Below, in pieces: positions 49,171 to 61,469 of a stretch of DNA of 64,000 nt. The stretch lies in the NCBI RefSeq assembly GCF_963921235.1, contig NC_086097.1:75642001-75706000 (forward strand), given 5' to 3'. Each line of letters opens with the position of its first letter. Position 1 is the first letter of the stretch. This DNA is from Mobula hypostoma. Its lineage: Eukaryota. The notes below the pieces were generated by a model. That model worked only from the letters and a program-made list of their open reading frames with translations, searched no databases and had not been told where the DNA came from. The position numbers and the translations under genes are program-made.

Positions 49171-49779
49171 TCGGGGTCATCGGAAAGAATTCAAGAAGCA
49201 AGTGGGGGCAATCAGGACATTCTACATGCCAGGGTTCTCAGGGAGACATTGGATTATGTATAATCAGGCATCTCACAAGTGCCAATAAAAAGAAGTTAGA
49301 TTTAAATGGAGTGGCCATTGTGGCAATGGGCCAGTGTTAGAGTGGGGAGCTCAGGCTTTGCTCATACAAGTTTTGTTGAGGAGAAGTGAAGGTCATTGGT
49401 AGATTTTTAATTTTTTTCTTTCTTATTGCACAATTAGAGCAGTGGGGATGCCAGGCAAATAGTGTAATGTTCATCTTGCTGGTTATGGGATGGCAAGGAG
49501 ACCTCCCTTCCCCTGCGACCCCCCCCCCCCCAACCAGGGTCCCTGTTGACCACACCAGCAAGAAATACGTCCAGCTGCGGCTTCTTACAGATTAAGGAAT
49601 TGGATTGAACACAAGATCATTTGGCAGGCAGGAGGTAATGCAGATGTGAAAGAGACATCCAGATAGTATGTTGTCTCCCAGGTGCTATGGTCAAGGATGT
49701 CTTGGATTGGGTCCACAGTATTCTAAAGCGGGAGAGTGAGCTGCCCAAAGTTGTGCTACATATTGGTACCAACGATATA

Positions 49780-52700
49780 ACCCGATAAGATTTAGGAACA
49801 TAATTAAGCCATTTGGCCCAGTGAGTCTGCTCTGCCATTTCATTTTGGCTGATCTAATTTTTCTCTCAGCCCCAATCTCCTGCGTTCTCCCCACATCCCT
49901 TCATGCCCTGACCAATCAAGAATCTATCAACCTGTGCCTTAGATATATATAAATACTTGGCCTCCACAGATGCCTGTAGTAAAGAATTCCACAGATTCAC
50001 CACTCTCTGGCTAGAGAAATTCTTCCTCACCTCCATTCTAAATAGACACCCCTCTATTCTGAGGCTGTGTCCTCCCATCATAGGAAACATCCTGTCTACA
50101 TCCACTCTATCAAGGCTTTTCACCATTTGTTAGGTTTCAATGAGGTTACCCCTAATTCTTCTGAATTCTAGGGAATATAGGCCCAGAGCCATCAAGCGCT
50201 CTTCATATGACAGATCATTCAATCCTGGAAACATTTTTGAGAACCTTCTTTAAACCCTCTTCAGTTTCAGAACAGCCTGCAAGTGAGGCCCTGCCGGTGT
50301 TTATAAAGTTTCAACATTACATCCTTGCTTTTATATTTTAGTCCTCTTGAAATGAATGCTAACATTGCATATGCCTTCCTCACTACAGACTCAACCTGCA
50401 AATCAACCGTCAGGGAATCCTGCACAAAGACTCCCAAGTCCCTTTGCACCTCAGATTTTTGTATTTTCTCTCCATTTTGAAAATAGTCAACCCTTTCATT
50501 TCTTCTGCCAAAGTGCATGACCATACACTTCCTGACTCTGTATTCCATCTGCCACTTCTTTGCCCATTCTGTTAATCTAAGTCCTTCTGTAGCCTATCTA
50601 CTTCCTTAAAGCTACCTGCCCTCCATCTATCTTTATGTCGTCTGCAAACTTTGCAACAAAGTAATCAAATCCATCATTCAAATTATTGCCGTATAACATA
50701 AAAAGAATCAGTCCCAACACAGTCTCCTGTGGAACACCTCTAGTCACCGGCAACCAACCAGGAAAATCTCCCTTTATTTCCACTTTTTGCTTCCTGCCAA
50801 TCAGCCACTGCTTTATCCATGCTAGAATCTTTCCTGTAATACCATGGGCTTGTAGCTTGTTAAACAGCCTGATGTGTGGCACCTTGTCAAAGGCCTTCTG
50901 AAAAATCCAGGTACACAACGTCAACCGATTCTCCTTTGTCTGTCCTGCTTGTTATTCTTCAAAGAATTCCAACAGATTTGTCAGGCAGGATTTGCCCTTG
51001 AGGAAACCATGCTGACTATTCTATCATGTGCCTCCAAGTATCCCGCTTAACAAACGACTCCAACATCCTCCCGGCCGCTGAGGTCAGACTAATTGGCCTA
51101 TAGTATTCTTTCTTTTGCCTGTCTCCCTTCTTGAAGTAACATTTGCAATTTTCCAATCTTCTGGAGCCATTTCAGAATCTAGTGATTCTTGAAAGATCTT
51201 TACTAATGCTTCACAATTTCTTCAGCCACCTCTTTCAGAACCCTGGGGTGTACATCATCTGGTCCATGTGATTTATCTACCTTCAAATCTTTCAGTTTCC
51301 CAAGAACCTTCTCTCTAGTTATGATAGCTTCACACACTTCATGACCCCTGACACCTGGAACTTCCACCATACTGCTAGTATCTCCCACAGTGAAGACTGA
51401 TGCAAAATACTTATTCAGTTCATCCACCATTTTGTTGTGCCCTATTACTACCTTTCCAGCATTGTTTTTCCAGTGGTGCAATATCCATTGTCGCTGCTTG
51501 TTTACGCTTTATGTATCTGAAGAAACTTTTGGTATTCTCTTTAATATTATTGGCTGGCTTGTTTTCATATTCCATTTTTACCTTCATAATGACTTTTTAG
51601 TTGCCTTCTGTTGATTTTTAAAAGCCTTCCAATCCTCTAATTTCCCACTAAGTTTTGCTCTTTTTGGTTTTTATGTTCGCTTTGACTTCTCTTGTCAGGC
51701 ACAGTTGTGTCATCTTTCCCTTAGAATACTACTTCCTCTTTAGGATGTATATATTCTGTGCTTTCTGAATTGCTTCCAGAAATTCCAGCCAAAGGGACGG
51801 GTTGCACCTTAACAGGCAGGGGACCAGTATTTTGGCAGGCAGGTTTGCCACTGCAACACGGGTGTGTTTAAACTAAGCAATGAGTGGGGGGAGGAGAGGA
51901 AATATAAGAATGGAGTTAAAGGGAAAGAGAGAATAAGGAAAGTTAAGAAAGATGACAGAATTAACGGGGCAGAAAGCTCAGGAAGGGATCGGAAAGTATG
52001 GGCAAGTGCAATAGGAATTGATGTGAAAAGTGAGGGGAGTAATGGATTAAAAGTATTATATATGAATGCACGAAGTATAAGAAATAAAGTGGATGAGCTT
52101 GAGGCTCAGTTGGAAATTGGCAAGTATGATGTTGTAGGAATAACAGAGACATGGCTGCAAGAGGACCAGGGCTAGGTAATGAATATTCAGGAGTATACAT
52201 CCTATTGAAAGGACAGACTGATGAGCAGAGGGGGTGGGGTGGCTCTGTTGGTGAGGAATGAAATTCAGTCCCTTGCGAGGGGCAACATAGAATCAGGAGA
52301 CGTAGAGTCAGTATGGATAGAACTGAGAAATAGTAAGGGCAAAAAGACCCTAACAGGAGCTATTTACAGGCCCCCAAACAGTAGCCTGGATATAGGGTGC
52401 AAGTTGAATTAAGAGTTAAAATTGGCATGTCGCAAAGGTAATGCTAGGGTTGTTATGGGGGATTTTAACATGCAGGTAGACTGGGAAAATCAGGTTGGTA
52501 CTGGACCCCAAGAAAGGGAGTTTGTGGAGTGCCTCCGAGATGGATTCTTAGAGCAGCTTGTACTGGAACCTGCCAGGGAGAAGGCAATTCTGGATTTAGT
52601 GTTATGTAATGAACGGGATTTGATAAGGGAACTCGAGGTAAAGGAACCATTAGGAGATAGTGACCATAATATGATAAGTTTTAAACTACAATTTGAGAGG

Positions 52701-55314
52701 GAGAAGGGAAAATCGGAAGTATCAGTCTTGCAGTTGAAGAAAGGGGTCTATGGACCCATGAGGGAGGAGCTGGCCAAAGTTGTCTGGAAAGATACCCTAG
52801 CAGGGATGATAGTGGAACAACAATGGCAGGTATTTCTGTGAATAATACTGAAGGTGCAGGATCAGTTCATTCCAAAGAGGAAGGAAGATTCTAAGGGGAG
52901 GAAGGGGCGACCGTGGCTGACAAGGGAAGTCAAGGGTAGTATAAAAATAAAAGAGTAGAAGTATAACATAGCAAAGACGAGCAGGAAGCCAGAGGATTGG
53001 GAAACTTTTAAAGCGCAACAGAGGGTAACTAAAAAGGCAATACGGGGTGAAAAGATGAGATACAAAGGCAAGCTAGCCAAGAATATAAAGGAGGATAGTA
53101 AAAGCTTCTTTAGGTATGTGAAGAGGAAAAGATTAGTTAAGACCAAAGTTGGGCCCTTGAAAATAGAAACGGGTAAATTTATTCTGGGGAACAAGGAAAT
53201 GGCAGATGAGTTGAACAGATACTTTGGATCTGTCTTCACTAGGGAAGACACAAACAATCTCCCAGATGTAATAGTGGCCGGAACACCTAGGGTAACAGAG
53301 GAACTGAAGGAGATTCATATTAGGCAGAAAATGGTGTTGGATAGACTGATGGGACTGAAGGCTGATAAATCCCCAGGGCCAGATGGTCTGCACCCCAGGG
53401 TACTTAAGGAGGTGGCTCTAGAAATCATGGGCGCATTGGTAATTATTTTTCAATGTTCTATAGATTCAGGATCAGTTCCTGAGGACTGGAGGGTAGCTAA
53501 TGTTATCTCACTTTTTAAGAAAGGAGGGAGAGAGAAAACAGGGAATTATAGACCAGTTAGCCTGACATCAGTGGTGGGGAAGATGCTGGAGTCAATTATA
53601 AAGGATGAAATAGTAGCACATTTGGATAGTAGTAACAGGATAGGTCCGAGTCAGCATGGATTTACGAAGGGGAAGTCATGCTTGACTAATCATCTGGAAT
53701 TTTTTGAGGATATAACTATGAAAATGGACAAGGGAGAGCCAGTGGATGTAGTGTACCTGGACTTTCAGAGAGTCTTTGATAAGGTCCCACATAGGAGATT
53801 AGTGGGCAAAATTAGAGCACGTGGTATTTGGGGGTAGGGTACTGACGTGGATAGAAAATTGGTTAGCAAACAGGAAACAAAGAGTAGGGATTAACAGGTC
53901 GCTTTCAGAGTGGCAGGCAGTAACCAGTGGGGTGCCACAGGGCTCGGTGCTGGGACCGCAGCTATTTACAATGTACATTAATGATTTAGATGAAGGGATT
54001 AAAAGTAACATTAGCAAATTTGCAGATGACACAAAGTTGGGTGGCAGTGTGAAATGTGAGGAGGATGTTGAGATAACACAGGATGACTTGGACAGGTTGG
54101 GTGAGTGGGCAGATGCATGGCAGATGCAGTTTAATGTGGATAAATGTGAGGTTATCCAGTTTGGTGGCAAGAACAGGAAGGCAGATTACTATTTGAATGG
54201 TGTCAAGTTAGGAAAAGGGGAAGTACAACGAGATCTTGGTATCCTTGTTCATCAGTCACTGAAAGTAAGCATGCAGGTACAGCAGGCAGTGAAGAAAGCT
54301 AATGGCATGTTGGCCTTCATAACAAGGGGAGTTGAGTATAGGAGCAAAGAGGTCCTTCTGCAGTTGTACAGGGCCCTAGTGAGACCACATCTGGAGTATT
54401 GTGTACAGTTTTGGTCTCCAAATTTGAGGAAGGACATTCTTGCTATTGAGGGAGTGCAGCGGAGGTTCACGAGGTTAATTCCCGGGATGGCGGGACGGTC
54501 ATATGTTGAAAGATTGGAGCCACTGGGCTTGTATACACTGGAATTTAGAAGGATGAGAGGGGATCTGATTGAAACATAAAAGATTATTGAAGGATTGGAT
54601 ACGCTAGAGGCAGGAAACATGTTCCCGATGTTGGGGGGAGTCCAGAACCGGAGGCCACAATTTGAGAATAAGAGTAGGGATTAACAGCCATTTAGAACGG
54701 GGTTGAGGAAAAACTTTTTCACCCAGAGAGTAGTGCATCTGTGGAATGCTCTGCCTCAGCAGGTAGTGGAGGCCAATTCTCTGGATGCTTTCAAGAAAAA
54801 GTTAGATAGAGCTCTTAATGATAGCGGAGTCAAGGGATATGGGGAGAAGGCAGGAATGGGGTACTGATTGTGAATGATCAGCCATGATCGCAGCGAATGG
54901 TGGTGCTGGCTTGAAGGGCCGAATGGCCTACTGCACCTATTATCTATTGTCTATTGCTGCTCTGCCATCATCCCTGCTATTGTTCTTTTCCAATCAATTC
55001 TGGCCAACTCCTCTTTCATGCCTCTGAAATTCCCTTTACTCCACTGTAATACTGATACATCTGATTTTAACTTTTCCTTCTCAAATTTGGGGGTGAATTC
55101 GATCATATTACGATCACTTGCCCATAAGGGTTCTTTTACCTTAAACTCTCTAATCAATTCTGGTTCATTGCACAATACCCAATCCAGAATAGCTGATCCC
55201 TTAGTGGGCTCAACCACAAGCTGCTCTAAATTTTAACTATCTCGTAGGCATTCTAGAAATTCCCCTTCCTGGATCCAGCACCAACCTGATTTTCCCAATC
55301 TAACTGCATATTGA
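49780..55314 (-). mobile_element. Middle CR1 (antisense), split by inner CR1
   Basis: ORF2 remnants at 49780-51791 and 54953-55314 rejoin as ...TTCCAGCCA|TTGCTGCTC. Confidence 0.88.
51792..54952 (+). mobile_element. Inner near full-length CR1 (end of ORF1 plus entire ORF2, disrupted)
   Basis: DGLHLN; YMNARSI, ITETWL, GDFN, SDH; NYRPVSLTS, QHGF, KFADDTK; several stops and a frameshift at ~53830. Confidence 0.95.
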
Positions 55315-56704
55315 ATAGGTCAGAAAAGAGAAGAGGTCCTGAAAAGAGAAAGCATAGAGTTAGGTAGATAACTGAAAAGCCAGGACCTCACGGGTGGGGT
55401 TCTGTGGATTGCTGCCTGAGCCACACGCCAGTGGGGGTAAGAATAGGATAATTTGGAAGATGAACGCATGGCTGAGGAATTGGTGCAGAGGCAGGGTTTT
55501 TTGATTTCTGGATCATTGGAATCTCCTCTGGGCAAGGTATGAACTGTGCAAAAGGACGGCTAACAACTGAACCCTAGGGAACTGCTGTCCTTGCAAGAAG
55601 ATTTGCTAGGACTGTTGGGGACGATTTAAACAAATTTGGCAGGGGATGGGAACTGGAGTGATAGGGCTAAGCATGAGGCAGTGTGTAGTGAGATTGCGAG
55701 GAAGGACAGGCAGATGATAAGCTAAAATAGCAATGGGATTAGTTGAACTGTAACATGGGAGCAAAATCAAAAAGGGTGATGAATATGGAAATCTAATGAA
55801 TTAGATTTGATTCAGGCAGCTTAAGGTAAAGGGACCCTTGGGAGGCAGTTGAGGTAGAGAGGCTAAAGTCATATATATCAGTGGTATTACAGGAAAGATA
55901 CTAGCGTGGATAGAAGATTGGCTAACTGGCCTGCGGCAAAGAGTGGTAATAAATGGGGCCTTTTCTGGTTGGCTGCCCGAGACTAGTGGAGTTCCACAAG
56001 GGTTGGTGTCGCAACCACTTCTTTTCACAATAGATGTCAATGATTTGGATGATGGAATTGATGGTTTTGTGGCCAAGTTTGTGGATGGACAATGTGAAGG
56101 TAGATTGGGGGGGCGGGTAGGGGTATTTGTCAGACTGTATTTGGAGTATTGATGAGCAATCTTGGGCCGCTTATCTAAGAAAAGACGTGCTGGCACTGGA
56201 GAGGGTCTGGAGGAAGTTCATGAGAATGATTCTGGGAGTGAAAGTGTTAATGAACAAGGAGTGTTTGATGGCTCTGGGCCTGTATTTACTGGAGTTTAGA
56301 AGAATGGGGGGGGGGAATTCTCATTGAAACCTATTGAATATTGAAAGACCTAGACAGAGTGGATATGGAGAGGATGTTTCTGATAGTGGGAGAGTCTAGG
56401 ACCGGAGGGTACAGCCTCAGAATAGAGGGGTGTCCATTTAGAACAGAGATGAGGAAGTTATTTTGCCAGAGGGTAGTGAGTCTGTATAATTCATTGCCAC
56501 AGACAGCTGTGGAAGTCAAATCTTTGGGCATATTTAAAGCAGAGATTGATAGGTTGTTGGTTAGTCAGTGTGCCAAATGTAATGGGGAGGAGACGGGAGA
56601 ATAGGGTTGAGAGGGATAATAAATTGGGCGTTATGGAATGGCAAAGAAGACTCGATGGGCCGAATAGCCTGACTCTGCTCCAGTGTCTTATGGTCTTATA
56701 AATT

Positions 56705-57208
56705 GTGTCTGGTGCTTCTAGTGTGGCATCCTCTACACTGGAGATACCACTGTGTCAAACAGCTTTGCTCCTTTCATCACAAAAGGCAGGTTTTCCTGGT
56801 GGTGACCCATTTCAGTTTGATTTCCCATTTCCATTCTGACCTGTCAAGCCATGGTCTCCACAATGAGCCCACAGTCAGATTGGAGGAGCAACACCACAAT
56901 CTAGTATGTTGAAAACTGATTACTCTATCATGTGGTAACTTATCCCACTCCACCCCCCCTCTCTTTTTCCATTCCCCATTCTGATACCATCTCACCCTTC
57001 CATATGCTCACCTCCCTCCCTTTCTTCCATGGTCCACTGTGCTCTGCTTCTTCGGCCCTTTACCTTTTCTGTCTATCACTTCCCAGCTTTCATTCTCCTA
57101 TCAACCTGAAACATCAACAGTTTATACCTTCCATAGATGCTCTTGACTTGATGAGTTTCTCCAACAATTTACTTAAGATTTCCAGCATCTGCAGGATTTC
57201 TTGTGTTT
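56705..57208 (+). mobile_element. Penelope 3' fragment, decayed
   Basis: HF...SHFHSDLS.HGL...RLEEQH GIY-YIG tail, then family end motif. Confidence 0.65.
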
Positions 57209-57954
57209 ATGAAAAATATTAGTTTTGCATAAAAATGTAAAGGCCAAAGTCAGGATTTTGAGATGATATCAGGTCTTTAAAAATATGTTTTAATAAGTTA
57301 ACAAAAGGCAATATTTGCAATTCGGGGGACATATTTAATGAAGAAGGGCATTTATTAATTATTATTTAAGTTCTTATTTTGGATTGGAAATATATTGCCA
57401 GTTCAGGAATGCTGGATTAAAAGTTATTTTGGAAAGCTTTTTGAGTGATTTGTTAGGCTCCAGTAGCCATGCTTAATTGTTAAATATCTCCATATTTTAA
57501 ACCACTGAAGTGGCGTAATATCAAACTGAATAACAGTAGGGCATGTAGCTAAATTTTCTGTAAAACCTGACCTTTGTACAGAATGCATTTATAAGTAGAT
57601 ATTTATATTCATTCATTTATGTGGTCATGGGACATTACAAAGTATAGTGAAAATTGGACAAATTGGCATGACATTATACGTTAGTCATTCTAAGATTAAC
57701 ATTCCATTTTTAATCAATACACTTGTCACTTAATAGATTAAATTGGGAATTTTAAAAATAGTCGGGCATTGACTTGCTAGCACACATTACAATGGGAGGT
57801 GTTGCCATCCTAAAGCATGAAGCAACAACATGACAAATTTGCAAGCTATTTCCATTCTATATTGTAGGCATTGAAGAAGGTTGATAAACATGATCATTAG
57901 GAAAGCAGGAAGCAGGATGCATGTGTGTGAGATTTAAGCTATAGCTATGAGATG

Positions 57955-59625
57955 TATTTCAACCAGTGGAAAGACTGATTAAGGATAAAGAAGGACAAGT
58001 TCTGACAGGAGTTGAGGACCAGACAAAAAGATGGGCTGAACACTTTGAACAGCTTCTAAACAGACCATCACCACCAGAACCACATGTCATCCCACTAGCA
58101 GAGAACAACCTAGAGATAGACCGTGGCACTCCTACCAAAGAGGAGATCAGAATGGCAATCAAGCTCCTAAAGGATGGTAAAGCTGCAGGACTTGATGGTA
58201 TACCTCCAGAGGCAGTCAAGAGCAGTATAGACATATCTATTGAAATAGGGCACAACATCATAAAAAAAGGTCTGGTAAGCAGAAGAAGTACCCAAGGACT
58301 GGTGAACAGGACATCTAGTTAAAATCCCTAAGAAAGGAGATCTCCAGGAATGCAAAAACTACAGAGGGATAATGTTGCTTTCAGTGCCAGGGAAAGTTCT
58401 GAGCAAAATCATTTTAGAGAGATTGAAAAATGTAGTGGATGAGAAGCTTAGAGATGAACAAGCAGGATTTCGACAAAACGGGTCTTGCACTGATCAGTTT
58501 ACAACTCTTAGGATTATCATTGAACAGTCACTGGAATGGAGCCACTGTATATTAATTTTATAGATTATGAAAAAGCATTTGACAGCCTGGACAGGGAGAC
58601 ATTGTGGAAACTATTGTGGCATTTTGGGATTCCAGAGAAGTTAACTGACTTGGTAAAGAAGATTTATGAAGATATGGAATGCAGAGTAATCCATATAGGT
58701 CAGTTGTGAGAGACTTTCAAGGTGAGCACTGGGGTATGACAGGGATGCTTACTGTCCCCTTTTCTCTTCCTGCTAGCGGTAGACTGGATTATGAAGCAAA
58801 CAATAGATGACAAGAAGAATGAAATACAGTAGACATTGTTCAGACATCTAGATGATCTTGACTTTGCTGATGATTTGGCACTGCTGTCACACAGCCATGC
58901 CCAGATGCAGGAGAAAACAGACGTAGACTCCACATAGCAGAAAATAGGGCTACACATCCATGTAGGGAAAACAAAGTTACTAAAAGTAAATACAGGAAAC
59001 AACACAGTTATCCTGAGAAATGCTCCTCCAGAAGTTGTTGAGTCAGTTGTCTCATTGTCAACAAGGAAGGAGGTACAGATGAGGATGTAAAGACCAGGAT
59101 CCAAAAAGCCAGAGGAGCCTTCATAATACTACGTCCAGTTTGAACAACAAAAGAACTAAGGTTAACAACCAAATTGAGAATCTTCAACTCAAATGTCAAA
59201 TCTGTCCTCCTATATGGCTCTGAAACTTGGAGACTGACATCAGAAGTAATCAGAAAAATCCAGACCTTCATCAACAAATGCTTGCATCAGATTTCACATG
59301 GACAGATTATGTGAACGATACAGAATTATGGCAAAGGACCAACCAGGCACCAATTGAGGCAGAGATCAAGAGAAGAAAGTGGTGCTGGATAGGACACACG
59401 TTGAGGAAGGCCCCAAATAGTATCATCAGTCAAGCTCTCACATGGAATCCTCAGGGCAAGCGAAATCGAGGTAGGCCCAAGTCCAGATAGAGGAGGGAAG
59501 TGTTAACCGACTCCAGGAGAGTGGGAATGACATGGTCACAGCTGGAGAGATATACACAAGCCAGGTTGATCTGGAAAGAGGTTGTTGCTGGCCTATGCTC
59601 ACTAGTGAGTTGAAAGGCAGAAAAA
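57955..59625 (+). mobile_element. RTE-clade LINE, 5'-truncated and decayed
   Basis: [63 protein letters not shown]. Confidence 0.9.
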
Positions 59626-60235
59626 GATGGGATGTATTTGACGAAGCTGTTAGCTTCCCTTCAGTTTATTGTTTTTTTTTGTCTGATGTGCTTTTTTGTG
59701 AAGCACCTAGGAATAGCCTTTCTTAATAAAGCTGAAACGTAAATCAAATTATATTTGTGCTGCAATTTGTTTATTGGAATTGGTTTAGTATTATCACATA
59801 CACTGAGATACAGTGAAGATCTTGTCTTACATACTGTTTGTACAGATCGTATCATTACACAGTGCATTGAGGAAGAAAAAAAGTAGAACAATAACAATGC
59901 AGAATAAACTTAACAGCTACAGAGAGGTAAACAATAAAGTGCAAGATCCTGATGAGGAAAATTATGAGTCGAGAGTCCATTTTATCATACTAGAGAACCA
60001 TTTTAATAAACTTAACAATGGGGTAGAAGCTGTCCTTAAGCCTGGTGGTATGTGCTTTCTGGCTTTTGTAACTTCTACCCAATGGAAGAGGAAGAAGAGG
60101 GAATGTCCAGGGTCTTTGATTATGCTGGCTGATGACTGAGGCTGCGAGAAGTGTAGACAGAGTTCATTGAGAGGAGGCTGGTTTCATTGATGTGCAGGAG
60201 AATTCAGAAAGCAGAGATACAACAGAACTTGGGAA

Positions 60236-60330
60236 CAACACACATCAAAGTTGCTGGTGAACGCAGCAGGCCAGGCAGCATCTATAGGAAGAGGCGCAGT
60301 CGACGTTTCAGGCCGAGACCCTTCGTCAGG
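60236..60330 (-). mobile_element. 95-bp Penelope-end insertion consisting mainly of the hammerhead
   Basis: Direct repeat ACTTGGGAA (60227-60235, 60331-60339); interrupts a CR1. Confidence 0.8.
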
Positions 60331-60333
60331 ACT
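60298..60333 (-). ncRNA. Minimal type-I hammerhead ribozyme motif, intact core
   Basis: Reverse complement reads AGTC CTGACGA AGGGTCTCGGCCT GAAAC GTC GACT. Confidence 0.8.
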
Positions 60334-61469
60334 TGGGAATCCTAGTGCAGGATTCCCTAAAGGTTAACTTGGAAGTTGAGTCGGCGGTAAGAAAAGCAAA
60401 TGCAATGTTAGTGCTCATTTCAAGAGGGATAGGATATAAAAGCAAGGATGTAATGCTGAGGCTTCATAAGGCATTGGTCAAACTGCACTGTGAGCAAATT
60501 TGGGCCCCTTATCTAAGAAAAGATTTGCTGACATTGGAGGGTCCAGAGGAGGTTCATGACAATGATCCTGGGAGTGAAACGGTTAATATACTGTAAGAGG
60601 AGTGTTTGATGGCTCTAAGCCTGTACTTGTTGGAGTTTAGAAAAATGAGGGAAATATTTCATTGAAACCTATCAAATATTGAAAGGCCTAGATAGAAATG
60701 GATTCGGGGAAGATGTTTTCCTCTGGTGGGGGAGTCTAGAACCACAGGCAAGCTCAAGACAGAGAAATGTCCATTTATCACAGTGATGAGGAGGAATCTC
60801 TTTGCCAGAGGGTGGGTGAATCTATGGAATTCATTACTACAGACAGCTGTGGAGGCCAAGTCATTGGGTATATTTAAAGTAGAAGTTGATAGGTTCTTGA
60901 TTAGTAAGGACATCAGTTGTATGGAGAGAAAGTGGGAGAATGGATTTGAGAGGGATAATAAATCAGCCATGATGATATGGTAGAGGAGACTCAATGGACT
61001 AAATAGCCTTATTCTACTCCTGTGTCGTGTGGTCTTAAAATGGAGTTCAGATATATGGATGCATCTCCCTCCCCCCCCCCCGCCCCATCCATCCTTAAGT
61101 CAATGACCCACTTTCTTGTTTTGCTGACATTGAGGTAAAGGTTGTTGCCATGACATCAAAGCTACTATGTCTTTCCTGTACTCTGACTTACCATTATTTA
61201 AGATACAGCCCAATGCAGTGGCATCATCTGCAAACTTGTACATGGAATCACAGCAGAATTTGGCCATGCAGTCGTAAGTGTACAGAGAGTAGATTAGGGA
61301 ATGAAGTCATCTAGAAATATGGCTCCAACATATATCAGCGACTCCCTGTGGGCTGCAGAAAATTGTACCAGTTTTACTCCTAGACATACTTCTTTTAAAT
61401 TACTTTCACTACAATCTGCAGCATGTAAATTTCCTCTTAACAACAGAATAAGAAATTACATCAATGATC

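Larger units (their letters stand above)
49500..56700 (+). mobile_element. Outer old CR1 (ORF1 esterase remnant plus 3' RT), split by nested CR1s
   Basis: CLPGA..HIGTNDI ends at 49779 and resumes as (I)GQKREEVL at 55315; RT and tail at 55860-56700. Confidence 0.75.
60195..61035 (+). mobile_element. CR1 3' fragment
   Basis: LGILVQDSLKV...KANAML; VNLWNSL; CR1 3' UTR. Confidence 0.85.

Noticed and set aside
51864..54579. Functional CR1 ORF2
   Set aside because: Multiple in-frame stops and a frameshift
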